DNA from: Alphaproteobacteria bacterium
GTDB taxonomy: Bacteria; Pseudomonadota; Alphaproteobacteria; Bin95
Assembly: GCA_964291285.2 (NCBI GenBank)
Contig: OZ219786.1
Span: 832,001 to 896,000, forward strand
Length of the DNA: 64,000 bases
Direction: 5' to 3'
Shown here piece by piece: positions 30,779 to 38,998 of the stretch (position 1 is the first letter of the stretch; the number at the start of each line of letters is the position of its first letter). Below the pieces are notes generated by a model that did no database searches, was not told where the DNA came from, and was given only the letters and a program-made list of their open reading frames with translations. The position numbers were made by a program, and so were the translations under genes.

Positions 30779-31401
30779 ACGAGACGCATGTCCACGCCCA
30801 CCCGCCCGCCGCCGACGATCCGTCGAGCGGTTACGAGCCGCTGGAGCGCGCGATCCGCGAGCTGCTGATCGAGAAGGGCATTCTCGACGCCGCCGCCATC
30901 CGGCGCCGGATCGAGGCGATGGACAGCCTGACGCCGGCGAACGGCGCGCGCCTCGTCGCCCGCGCCTGGACCGACCCGGCCTTCAGGGCCCGGCTGCTGG
31001 AGGACGCGGCGGGCCTGCTGGCGGAGGAGGGCTACGAGCTGGAGCACAGCCCGACCGTGCGCGTGGTCGAGAACACCGAGGGCGTCCACAATGTCATCGT
31101 CTGCACGCTCTGCTCCTGCTATCCGCGCATGGTGCTGGGCCTGCCGCCCGCCTGGTACAAGAAGAAGGCCTACCGCGCGCGCGTCGTCCGCGAGCCGCGC
31201 GCGGTGCTGGCCGAGTTCGGCACGGAATTGCCCGACGATGTCGAGGTCCGCGTCCACGACAGCACGGCCGACCTCCGCTACATCGTGCTGCCGCGCCGCC
31301 CGGAAGGCACGGAGGACATGGACGAGGACGCGCTGGCCGCCCTCGTCACCCGCGACGCCCTCATCGGCACCGCCCCGGCAAGGGCGCCCGGCGAGAGTTG
31401 A
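30775..31401 (+). CDS. Nitrile hydratase alpha / thiocyanate hydrolase gamma-like subunit (Co-type motif)
   Basis: GARLVARAWTDPAFR, VIVCTLCSCYP metal-binding motif, RVHDSTADLRYIVLPRRP. Confidence 0.92.
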   Translation: MNETHVHAHPPAADDPSSGYEPLERAIRELLIEKGILDAAAIRRRIEAMDSLTPANGARLVARAWTDPAFRARLLEDAAGLLAEEGYELEHSPTVRVVENTEGVHNVIVCTLCSCYPRMVLGLPPAWYKKKAYRARVVREPRAVLAEFGTELPDDVEVRVHDSTADLRYIVLPRRPEGTEDMDEDALAALVTRDALIGTAPARAPGES

Positions 31402-31472
31402 CAGAGGCGGCTAGCCCTACCGGCTACCGCTCCCGTCTCAAGCGGTAATTCTGGGTCGGTGAGGTTCGTCGA

Positions 31473-31733
31473 CTAGCGACCCAAATCAGGACCCAATTCC
31501 CGACAGAAAATGCGTTCTAGCCGGTCTTGCCATCCACCCTGTCTATACTCGTAGGCGTATCGCTGAATTCTCTCCAAGTCGTCGTCGGTTAGATGCAGTT
31601 CACCAGTAACCCTGTCTAGCCGTTTCTGAAGTCCGACCAACAGACTCTGAAATCCTCCATCTCCCGCCGTTGCCGGGTTCTGTTGATCCAATTCTTCGAT
31701 CTCATCCTCAGTCAGTCGAACGACACACGGCAT
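31473..31733 (-). CDS. Small hypothetical protein in a low-GC islet
   Basis: GGGAGG RBS at 31741-31746; globular-looking 86-aa sequence (DGGFQSLLVGLQKRL...GGWQDRL); AT-richer codons than flanks. Confidence 0.7.
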   Translation of the reverse strand: MPCVVRLTEDEIEELDQQNPATAGDGGFQSLLVGLQKRLDRVTGELHLTDDDLERIQRYAYEYRQGGWQDRLERIFCRELGPDLGR

Positions 31734-31954
31734 CAGTTAGCCTCCCGTACGCCTTGGAGATTATGGGTGATGACGACCTACCGCCTTAGCTTCAGTCGCC
31801 GTCCGGCACTGGCCGACTGATACCGAAACATATCGCCAGCGCCATTCCAGTTTGTGAAGTTGGGCGAGCGAGTCAACCGAATTCGAACGAGGGGGATTCA
31901 CGACGACTCGAATTTGTGATTCAAGATGTTCGCCGGGGAAGGAGGCCGGCGAAC

Positions 31955-33385
31955 ATGGCGAGTATTTTCCCCACCATCGTTCATCCATCAGTTTCAGTAG
32001 CGACAACTGATGGCGAAACTCATCAGACTTCCACAAACTGGATTAGTACACCTGCTACAGATGTCGAACGGCGGCAAACACTCGCGCGCAATAGTAATGG
32101 CGTGCCAAGCGAAGACATTCCGAGCGTCAGCCAAACACTGCGCGATCGCCAGCTATCCATTCCAATGGTGTCGCCATGCCTTACGGAAAGCCTAGCCATA
32201 TTTCGCTACGAGGGTCGGAGGACGCAGGTTACCGAACGAAACGGCGTCCCCCGTTTCACCAACGAGTTCTGGACCTCGGGGCAGCGGAAGGCGAGCCGGT
32301 TGCATGAGGTCAGCTACCGGGCCTGTTTCAAGCCGCAGCTCCCGGCCTTCTTCATCGAGCGGCTGACCCGGCCGGGCGACGCGGTTTACGACCCCTTCAT
32401 GGGGCGCGGCACGACGCCCTTGCAGGCCGCGCTGATGGGCCGCCGGCCGGTCGGCTCGGACATCAACCCGCTCTCCGCCATGCTGCTCAGCCCCCGGCTC
32501 GCGCCGCCTTCGCTCGAGGAAACCGCCGCGCGGCTGGCGGAGATACCGCCGGCCGCTGCCCTGCCGCCGGAAGGCCCGCTGCTGGACGACCTGCTGGTGT
32601 TCTTCCACGAGGCCGTGCTGGCCCGCCTGGCAGCGCTCCGGGCGTGGTTCATCGACCGCGAGCGTGCCTGCGCCCTCGACAGCGTGGACGAATGGCTCCG
32701 CATGGTCTGCCTCAACCGGCTGACCGGCCATTCCCCCGGCTTCTTCTCGGTCTATACGATGCCGCCCAACCAGGCGGTCGGGGCGGACCGGCAGCGCCTC
32801 ATCAACGCCAAACGCGGGCAGACGCCGCCGCTCCGTGACGTGGACGCGCTCATCCTGCGCAAGAGCCGGTCGCTGCTCTCGACGGGCGCGCCGCCGCCGC
32901 ACCCGCCGGCGCTGCTCGGCGCGGCCCCGGCGGAGGATGCCGCCTTCGTGCCGGACGGCTCGGTCGATCTTGTCGTCACCTCCCCGCCCTTCCTCGATGT
33001 GGTGGACTACCGCACGGACAACTGGCTGCGCTGCTGGTTCGCCGGCATCGACCTGGAGGCGGTGCCGATTGCCGCGCACAGGACGCCGGAAGCCTGGCGG
33101 GCCTTCGTCCATGCAAGCCTCCGGGACATCGCGCGCACGCTCCGCCCCGGCGGCTTCCTCGCCTTCGAGGTGGGCGAGGTGCGGGGCGGCAAGGTGCTGC
33201 TGGAGGACCATGTCACCGCGGCCGCCGGCGGCCTGCCGCTCGCCGTCGAGGGGGTGATGGTGAACGCGCAGAACTTCACCAAGACGGCGAATTGCTGGGG
33301 CGTGGCCAACAACCGCAAGGGCACCAACACCAACCGCATCGTGCTGATGCGGAAGACACATCGACCCGAACCCGCATTACACTAG
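31955..33385 (+). CDS. Orphan amino-type (probably N4-cytosine) DNA methyltransferase; start uncertain (31955 or 32165)
   Basis: SAM-binding YDPFMGRGTT and catalytic VTSPPF; conserved-looking EFWT...HEVSYRACFKPQLP. Confidence 0.85.
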   Translation: MASIFPTIVHPSVSVATTDGETHQTSTNWISTPATDVERRQTLARNSNGVPSEDIPSVSQTLRDRQLSIPMVSPCLTESLAIFRYEGRRTQVTERNGVPRFTNEFWTSGQRKASRLHEVSYRACFKPQLPAFFIERLTRPGDAVYDPFMGRGTTPLQAALMGRRPVGSDINPLSAMLLSPRLAPPSLEETAARLAEIPPAAALPPEGPLLDDLLVFFHEAVLARLAALRAWFIDRERACALDSVDEWLRMVCLNRLTGHSPGFFSVYTMPPNQAVGADRQRLINAKRGQTPPLRDVDALILRKSRSLLSTGAPPPHPPALLGAAPAEDAAFVPDGSVDLVVTSPPFLDVVDYRTDNWLRCWFAGIDLEAVPIAAHRTPEAWRAFVHASLRDIARTLRPGGFLAFEVGEVRGGKVLLEDHVTAAAGGLPLAVEGVMVNAQNFTKTANCWGVANNRKGTNTNRIVLMRKTHRPEPALH

Positions 33386-33413
33386 GGGCGGCTCGAACGG
33401 GAGAAGACGGGAC

Positions 33414-34319
33414 ATGAAGGTTCTGGTGGTCGGGGGAACCGGCTTTATCGGGCGCCGGCTGGTGCCGCTGCTGGCGGCGCGGGGCGCGGAGGTCGTCGCG
33501 ATGGACATCGCGCCCGAGGCGGCGGATTTCGGCGACATGGCCGAGACGCGCAAGGGCGACGTGACGCAGTTCGACCAGGTGATGGCGCTCGTGGCGGAGG
33601 TGAAGCCCGACCGGCTGGTCAATCTCGCCTATTTCATCGGCGAGCTGCCGCCGCGCATCGCGCTCAAGCTCGACATTCTCGGCATGGGCAACTGCTTCGA
33701 GGCCGCCCGGCTCGGCGGCGTCGCGCACACCGTCTATGCGAGTTCGCTTGCGGTCAGCGGCCTCCAGAGCCATTTCGGCGAGCGCGCGGCGGACGAGGAC
33801 GACCACCGCTACGGTGACAACCAGTACGCCATGCACAAGATTTTCAACGAGTGGCAGGCGCGCGACTACACGGAGAAATACGGCATGGCGATCACCGGCA
33901 TCAGGCCGGCGAACGTGACCGGGCCCGACAAGATCTACGGGTCCATCGACCATGTGCGCTGCGTCACCTTCCCGGCCCGCGGCGAGCCCGTCAGCTTCCC
34001 CCATGCCGACGCGATGCGCGCGCCCGTCCATGTGGACGATGTGGCGGAGGCGTTCGCGCGCGTCTCGCTGGCCGAAGCGCCGCAGCACCGGATCTACAAT
34101 ACGGGCGGCCACGCCATCTCGATGGGCGATCTCGCGGCGCTGGTGCGCGAGTTCCTGCCGGACGCCGACATCTCCTTCGAGCAGGCGACCGGCGGGCGGG
34201 CCGGTTCCGGCAATTTCCTGATCGACAACAGCCGCCTGGTGGAGGAGTTCGCCCTGCAATACGCCCCCTTCCGGGACCGCGTACGCCAGATCATCGAGGC
34301 GGTGCAGGCGGAGGGCTGA
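33414..34319 (+). CDS. NAD-dependent epimerase/dehydratase (extended SDR)
   Basis: GGTGFIG, YASS, YAMHK catalytic YxxxK, HVDDVA. Confidence 0.9.
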   Translation: MKVLVVGGTGFIGRRLVPLLAARGAEVVAMDIAPEAADFGDMAETRKGDVTQFDQVMALVAEVKPDRLVNLAYFIGELPPRIALKLDILGMGNCFEAARLGGVAHTVYASSLAVSGLQSHFGERAADEDDHRYGDNQYAMHKIFNEWQARDYTEKYGMAITGIRPANVTGPDKIYGSIDHVRCVTFPARGEPVSFPHADAMRAPVHVDDVAEAFARVSLAEAPQHRIYNTGGHAISMGDLAALVREFLPDADISFEQATGGRAGSGNFLIDNSRLVEEFALQYAPFRDRVRQIIEAVQAEG

Positions 34320-34399
34320 GGCGCGGCGCGCGGCCGCGGCACCTCTGTTCGTCACCCCGGGCCGCGATCCGGAGGCCGGGGTGGGCTATGTGCCGCGAG

Positions 34400-35010
34400 C
34401 AAAATATGAATGATTTCTAATATTTCTGACTTTTGTTCGTATTTTGATCTTGACATCTGGCGGATTGTGATATGATGGTCCCCAGGGAAGCGGACTCCGG
34501 AGCCGCGTCCCCGGGTGCCGCACGGCCGAGCGGCGCCAGTTTTTGAAAACCCGTGAGAAGCCGACGGGAGACGTGTGTCCTCTGCCTCGCGCGCGCAATC
34601 AGGCGCGCGAACCGCGCCGCCGCGACACGCGCGCCGGCACGCGCACAGGCGCCCGCGCAGGATACGCGCGGAAAAGGGACCCGCTCCCCGTCGGAGCAAG
34701 GAGGAACGATGACGGCAACCGACCCCCAACTGGCGGCGATGCCGGCCGAAAGGCTCGCGCCGGCCGCGGCCCTGGCCAGCGCCTGTGCGGAGGACGACCG
34801 CGCCGTCCGGGGCGACGGACAAGGGCCATGGGGCTGCGCCAGCCCGCAGACGGAAGGGAAGAGTCATGAAATGGAGCGTTATGCCCGGACGGGCTGCAGG
34901 GCATGCCCGCCGCACATGCAGATCATGACATCTCATGACATTCCATGACACATGGCGAGGGAGGTCCGGCGCGCCTCATGACAAAACATGACATCTCATG
35001 ACATCTGCCG
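34400..35010 (+). repeat. Dispersed structured element, copy A (promoter + conserved leader + CATGACA arrays)
   Basis: Colinear similarity to the reverse complement of about 43950-46090: tccggag hairpin, gccgac.ggaga, gcgcaatcagg.gcgcgaaccgcgccg, gatacgcgcg, aggaacgatg, catgcagatcatgacat. Confidence 0.8.
34435..34476 (+). promoter_or_regulatory. Sigma70-like promoter of element A with adjacent LexA-box-like site
   Basis: GTTC-N7-GATC at 34435-34449, TTGACA 34450-34455, TATGAT 34471-34476 (short 15-nt spacer). Confidence 0.45.
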
Positions 35011-35062
35011 GGGAGGCCGGGCAGCCGCGCTTTCCGCGGCCTTTGCCGGAACCCGGTCCGGT

Positions 35063-36145
35063 TCAGCCGCGCAGCGCCGGGAGGACCTCGGTCTCGATCA
35101 GCTGCTTCGCGACCGGCCCGGCGCCGCCTCTGGCGCTGCGCCAATTGCCGTTGACGACGATCTTGTCGAGCCCGAGTTCCCGCAGCCGGAGGAGTCGTTC
35201 GAGAACCCGCTCCGGCGGTCCGACAGCGGCATATTCCCGGATAAACGCCGGCGTCAGCACCGCCGCCTGGGCAGACTCGTTCTCCGTGTGCCGATGCATG
35301 TCGTAGGCCCGGCGCATCGCCTCCATCACCGCGCGGCTCTCCTCGGAGAGCGGGCCGCTCGTCCGGCCGTGCATGACGGCGAAGCGCGCGAAGACGGTCA
35401 GGTTGCCGCGCACCATGTCCTGGGCGGTTTCCATGTCGGGGTGGCAGCCGCAGGAGACGTAGGCGCCGAAGCGCAGGCCCTCCGGATCGAGGCCGGCCGC
35501 CTCGCGCGCCGCCCGGGCGGTGGCGATGCCCCAGGCAATGCGCTCCGGCGAGGCGCCGAGCGCGAACATCACCCGGTCGGCCCGGCGCGCCGCGATGGCG
35601 ATAACCTTCGGTCCCGTCGCCGCGACCTCGACCGACGCCTTGCCGTCCCGCGCCGCAGCGCCGGCCATCCACCGGATGCGGCTCGCCTCCGGCGTCTCGG
35701 CGAGCGCCAGCGTCTCCACCGGCGGCGCGGATGCGGCCGGGATATCGACCAGCTCGTCGAACGCCACCTGGCCGCCCGACAGATAGGCCTGGAGGTGGGT
35801 GAGATAGCGCTCGAACTGCCCGAGCCGCGCCGGGGCCCGGCCGAGATGGGCGAGCGCGGAATCGCCGCGGCCGATGCCGAGCGTCATCCGCCCGCGCGAG
35901 ACGCTGTTGACCGTGGCCGCCGCCGAGGCCAGCACCGCGGCCGTCCGCGTGACCGGATTGGAAACGCCGGTGCCGAGCCTGAGGCGCCGGGTCACGGTGG
36001 CCGCCATGGCCAGCGCGACGAAGGAGTCGGCCGCGAGGTTCTGGGAATCGACGACATTGACGCCGTCCCAGCCGCTTTCCTCCAGCGCCCGCGCCTCGTG
36101 CAGAATGCCGCGCGGCGCGGGCATGCAATTGGTCCAGATTTCCAT
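35063..36145 (-). CDS. LLM-class (luciferase-like) flavin-dependent oxidoreductase
   Basis: GWDGVNVVDSQNL, LGTGVSNPVTR, GIGRGDSA, VAATGPK. Confidence 0.9.
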   Translation of the reverse strand: MEIWTNCMPAPRGILHEARALEESGWDGVNVVDSQNLAADSFVALAMAATVTRRLRLGTGVSNPVTRTAAVLASAAATVNSVSRGRMTLGIGRGDSALAHLGRAPARLGQFERYLTHLQAYLSGGQVAFDELVDIPAASAPPVETLALAETPEASRIRWMAGAAARDGKASVEVAATGPKVIAIAARRADRVMFALGASPERIAWGIATARAAREAAGLDPEGLRFGAYVSCGCHPDMETAQDMVRGNLTVFARFAVMHGRTSGPLSEESRAVMEAMRRAYDMHRHTENESAQAAVLTPAFIREYAAVGPPERVLERLLRLRELGLDKIVVNGNWRSARGGAGPVAKQLIETEVLPALRG

Positions 36146-36301
36146 GAGCCCCCGGCTCCCTCCCTGCGGGCAAGACACGCGGACCGGATTATTCCCGCTT
36201 CCGCGCTGCCCGCAACCGCCGGCCGTTTCCTTGCAGCGGCCGGTCGTGGCAGTCTCGGCGCCCGGGCCCGGTCCCCGCCGGGGCAATGCAGGAGTTGGAC
36301 C

Positions 36302-37171
36302 ATGAACCGACTGTTCACCGAAGCCGAGTCCGCCGACATCGTCATCGAACGGCTGGACGGCTGCGACGATCCCCGGTTCCGCGAAGTGATGGAGGCCGCC
36401 ATCCGGCACCTGCACGCCTTCGTGAAGGAGGTGGAGCCCACCGTGGAGGAATGGTCGCGGGCCATCGGGTTCCTGACGGCCACAGGGCAAATGTGCGACG
36501 ACCGGCGCCAGGAGTGGGTGCTGGCCTCCGACGTGCTCGGCGTTTCCATGCTGGTGGAGACCCTGAACAACCGTTCCGAGGGCGGCGCCACCGAGGCGAC
36601 GGTGCTCGGCCCCTTCCATGTGGAGGGCGCGCCGCAACTCGAGCCCGGCAGCAATATCTGCCGGGACGGCAAGGGTATGCCCTGCCTCGTCTCCGGGCGC
36701 GTCACCGATGGCGAAGGCCGGCCGCTCGCCGGGGTGAGCCTCGATATCTGGCAGACCAATGCGGACGGCTTCTACGACGTGCAGCAGCCGGAGCTGCAGC
36801 CGGAGATGAACCTTCGCGGGCGGTTCCTGACGGATGCGGACGGGCGTTACGCCTTCCGCACGGTGAGGCCGGTGTCATATCCGGTGCCGACTGACGGCCC
36901 TGTCGGGGACATATTGAAGCGCATGGGCCGCCACGCCTGGCGCCCGGCCCATATCCATTTCATCGCAAGCAAGCCCGGCTACCGGCGGCTCGTGACCCAC
37001 ATCTTCGCCCATGACGACCCCTATATCGACTCGGACGCCGTGTTCGGGGTCAAGGAGTCGCTGCTGGTCGAGTTCCGCGAGTGCAGCGACGGCGCACTCG
37101 CGCAGGAGCTCGGCGTGGAATCCCCCTTCTGCACCGCCGGGTTCGATATCCGGCTCGCCCGGGAAGACTGA
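36302..37171 (+). CDS. Intradiol ring-cleavage dioxygenase (hydroxyquinol 1,2-dioxygenase-like)
   Basis: RQEWVLASDVLGVS, TVLGPFH, GFYDVQ, YPVPTDGPVG, RPAHIHF Fe ligands. Confidence 0.92.
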   Translation: MNRLFTEAESADIVIERLDGCDDPRFREVMEAAIRHLHAFVKEVEPTVEEWSRAIGFLTATGQMCDDRRQEWVLASDVLGVSMLVETLNNRSEGGATEATVLGPFHVEGAPQLEPGSNICRDGKGMPCLVSGRVTDGEGRPLAGVSLDIWQTNADGFYDVQQPELQPEMNLRGRFLTDADGRYAFRTVRPVSYPVPTDGPVGDILKRMGRHAWRPAHIHFIASKPGYRRLVTHIFAHDDPYIDSDAVFGVKESLLVEFRECSDGALAQELGVESPFCTAGFDIRLARED

Positions 37172-37184
37172 GGCCGGGCGGGGA

Positions 37185-38081
37185 TTACGGCGCGCGGACG
37201 AGCGCCGTGGCCTGCTCGGCGGAGAAGGCCTCCGCGCGGCCGCAGAACTGGCAGACCATCTCCAGCGAGCCGTCCTCCCGGCGCATGTCCTCCATCTCGC
37301 CGGCGGAAAGCGCGCGGAGCACGGTCTCCATCCGCGCCCGGCCGCCGCAGCGGCAGCCGTCGCGAAGCGGCTGCGGGGAATCGACGCGCAGCTCGTCGCG
37401 GTGGAAGAGGCGCAGCAGCAGCGCATCCCCCGGCAGGGCCGGATCGAGCAGCTCGTCCGGGCCGACGGTGAGCATGTAATGCCCGAGCCGGGTCCAGAGA
37501 TCGCCCGTCTCCTCCGGCGGATCCGGTTGTTCGTCCGGCAGCCGCTGGAGCATCAGCGCCGCCGCGCGCCAGGCCCCGCCGCGCCGGCCGCAGGCGGCCG
37601 CGAGGCAGGTGTCGATCTGCTCCGACTGGCGGAAATAATGCAGCACGGACTGCGCAAGGCCGCCCTTCGCCAGCTCGACCACGCCCTGGTAGCGCTCGCC
37701 GCCGTCTGCGGGATCGAATGTGAACGCCAGATAGCCGGCGCCGAACGGGGCGCCGCCGGCCTCTGCCGGCCCGGCCTCGCCGTCGAAGCCGGCGAAGCCG
37801 CGCATGAGCCCGGTCGCGTCTATGTCCGCCACCAGCCGGCGGATCGCGCCGTCGCCCTCGACCTGGAGCGTGAAGATGCCGCCCGCCTTGAGCGACTGCG
37901 AGAGCGCGGCCGCGATCGCCAGCGATTCGCCCAGCACTTCCGCCGCGGCATCGGGATAGGCGTGCCGGTCGAGGATGCGCGCGACTTCCGGCCCGAGGCG
38001 CACAAGACGGCCGCGCACCCTGGTGCCGGCCAGCCGGAAGGGCCTCACATAGTCGTCGCGAAGCGCCGCGCGGGCCTCCAT
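37185..38081 (-). CDS. hslO: Hsp33 redox chaperone
   Basis: VRGRLVRLG, YQGVVEL, YFRQSEQI, C-terminal CRC...CQFC zinc site. Confidence 0.93.
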   Translation of the reverse strand: MEARAALRDDYVRPFRLAGTRVRGRLVRLGPEVARILDRHAYPDAAAEVLGESLAIAAALSQSLKAGGIFTLQVEGDGAIRRLVADIDATGLMRGFAGFDGEAGPAEAGGAPFGAGYLAFTFDPADGGERYQGVVELAKGGLAQSVLHYFRQSEQIDTCLAAACGRRGGAWRAAALMLQRLPDEQPDPPEETGDLWTRLGHYMLTVGPDELLDPALPGDALLLRLFHRDELRVDSPQPLRDGCRCGGRARMETVLRALSAGEMEDMRREDGSLEMVCQFCGRAEAFSAEQATALVRAP

Positions 38082-38090
38082 GCGCCGGCG

Positions 38091-38993
38091 CTACCGCCCG
38101 AGGCACCAGGCGAGAATGCCCTTCTGGGCGTGCAGCCGGTTTTCCGCCTCGTCCCAGACGACCGATTGTGGCCCGTCGATCACCGCGCCGGAAACCTCCT
38201 CGCCGCGGTGCGCCGGCAGGCAGTGCAGGAATATGGCGTCCGGCCGGGCCCCGGCCATCAGGCGCTCATCGACGCGATAGGGCGCCAGCAGATTGTGGCG
38301 GCTGTTCTCGCCGCCGTCGTTCATCGACACCCAGACGTCGGTGACGACCGCATGGGCATCGGACACGGCCGCCGCGGGGTCGTCGTGAAGGCTCACCCGC
38401 GCGCCGTTCGCTTCCGCCCAGGCGAGCGCGTCGGCCGGCGGGCGGCGCTCCGGCGGGCAGCCGACGGCGAAATCGAAATCGAAGCGCGCCGCGGCGTGGA
38501 TCCAGCTCGTCGCGACATTGTTGCCGTCGCCGCTCCAAGCGATGCGCTTGCCGGCAATGGCGCCGCGCTGCTCCTCGAAGGTCATCACATCCGCCATGAG
38601 CTGGCAGGGGTGCGAGCGGTCGGTCAGGCCGTTGATGACCGGCACCTCGGCATTGGCGGCCAGTTCGGTCAGCTTGTCGTGACTGTCGGTGCGGATCATG
38701 ATCGCATCGACATAGCGCGACAGCACCCGCGCCGTATCGGCCCAGCTCTCGCCGCGCTTGACCTGGGTTTCCTGGCCGGAAAGCACGATGACATGGCCGC
38801 CGAGCTGGCGCATGGCGACCTCGAAGGAGACGCGCGTGCGGGTCGAGGGCTGCTCGAAGATCATGGCGAGCGTCTTGCCCTCGAGCGGCCGGTCCGGGTC
38901 CCCCGCCTTGAAGGCGAGGGCCCGGTCGAGGATACGGCGGAGCGCGGCCCCGTCATAATCCTTGAGGTCGAGGAAGTGGCGCGGCGCGCTCAT
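38091..38993 (-). CDS. argF: Ornithine carbamoyltransferase
   Basis: [35 protein letters not shown]. Confidence 0.97.
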   Translation of the reverse strand: MSAPRHFLDLKDYDGAALRRILDRALAFKAGDPDRPLEGKTLAMIFEQPSTRTRVSFEVAMRQLGGHVIVLSGQETQVKRGESWADTARVLSRYVDAIMIRTDSHDKLTELAANAEVPVINGLTDRSHPCQLMADVMTFEEQRGAIAGKRIAWSGDGNNVATSWIHAAARFDFDFAVGCPPERRPPADALAWAEANGARVSLHDDPAAAVSDAHAVVTDVWVSMNDGGENSRHNLLAPYRVDERLMAGARPDAIFLHCLPAHRGEEVSGAVIDGPQSVVWDEAENRLHAQKGILAWCLGR

Positions 38994-38998
38994 GGTCC

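Noticed and set aside
31761-32036. 91-aa minus-strand ORF in the low-GC islet
   Set aside because: TTG start without an RBS, no motif, and it overlaps the methyltransferase upstream region
34709-34948. 79-aa ORF (and the 82-aa ORF at 44391-44639) as real proteins
   Set aside because: No amino-acid similarity between the positionally equivalent ORFs; not listed as CDS, kept only as part of the element description
34924-35003. CATGACA arrays as a CRISPR array
   Set aside because: Repeats are 7 bp with 3-4 nt linkers, there are no unique 25-45 nt spacers and no cas genes
34988-36301. Long N-terminal extension on the intradiol dioxygenase
   Set aside because: Antisense to the LLM gene; the true start is ATG 36302 after AGGAG
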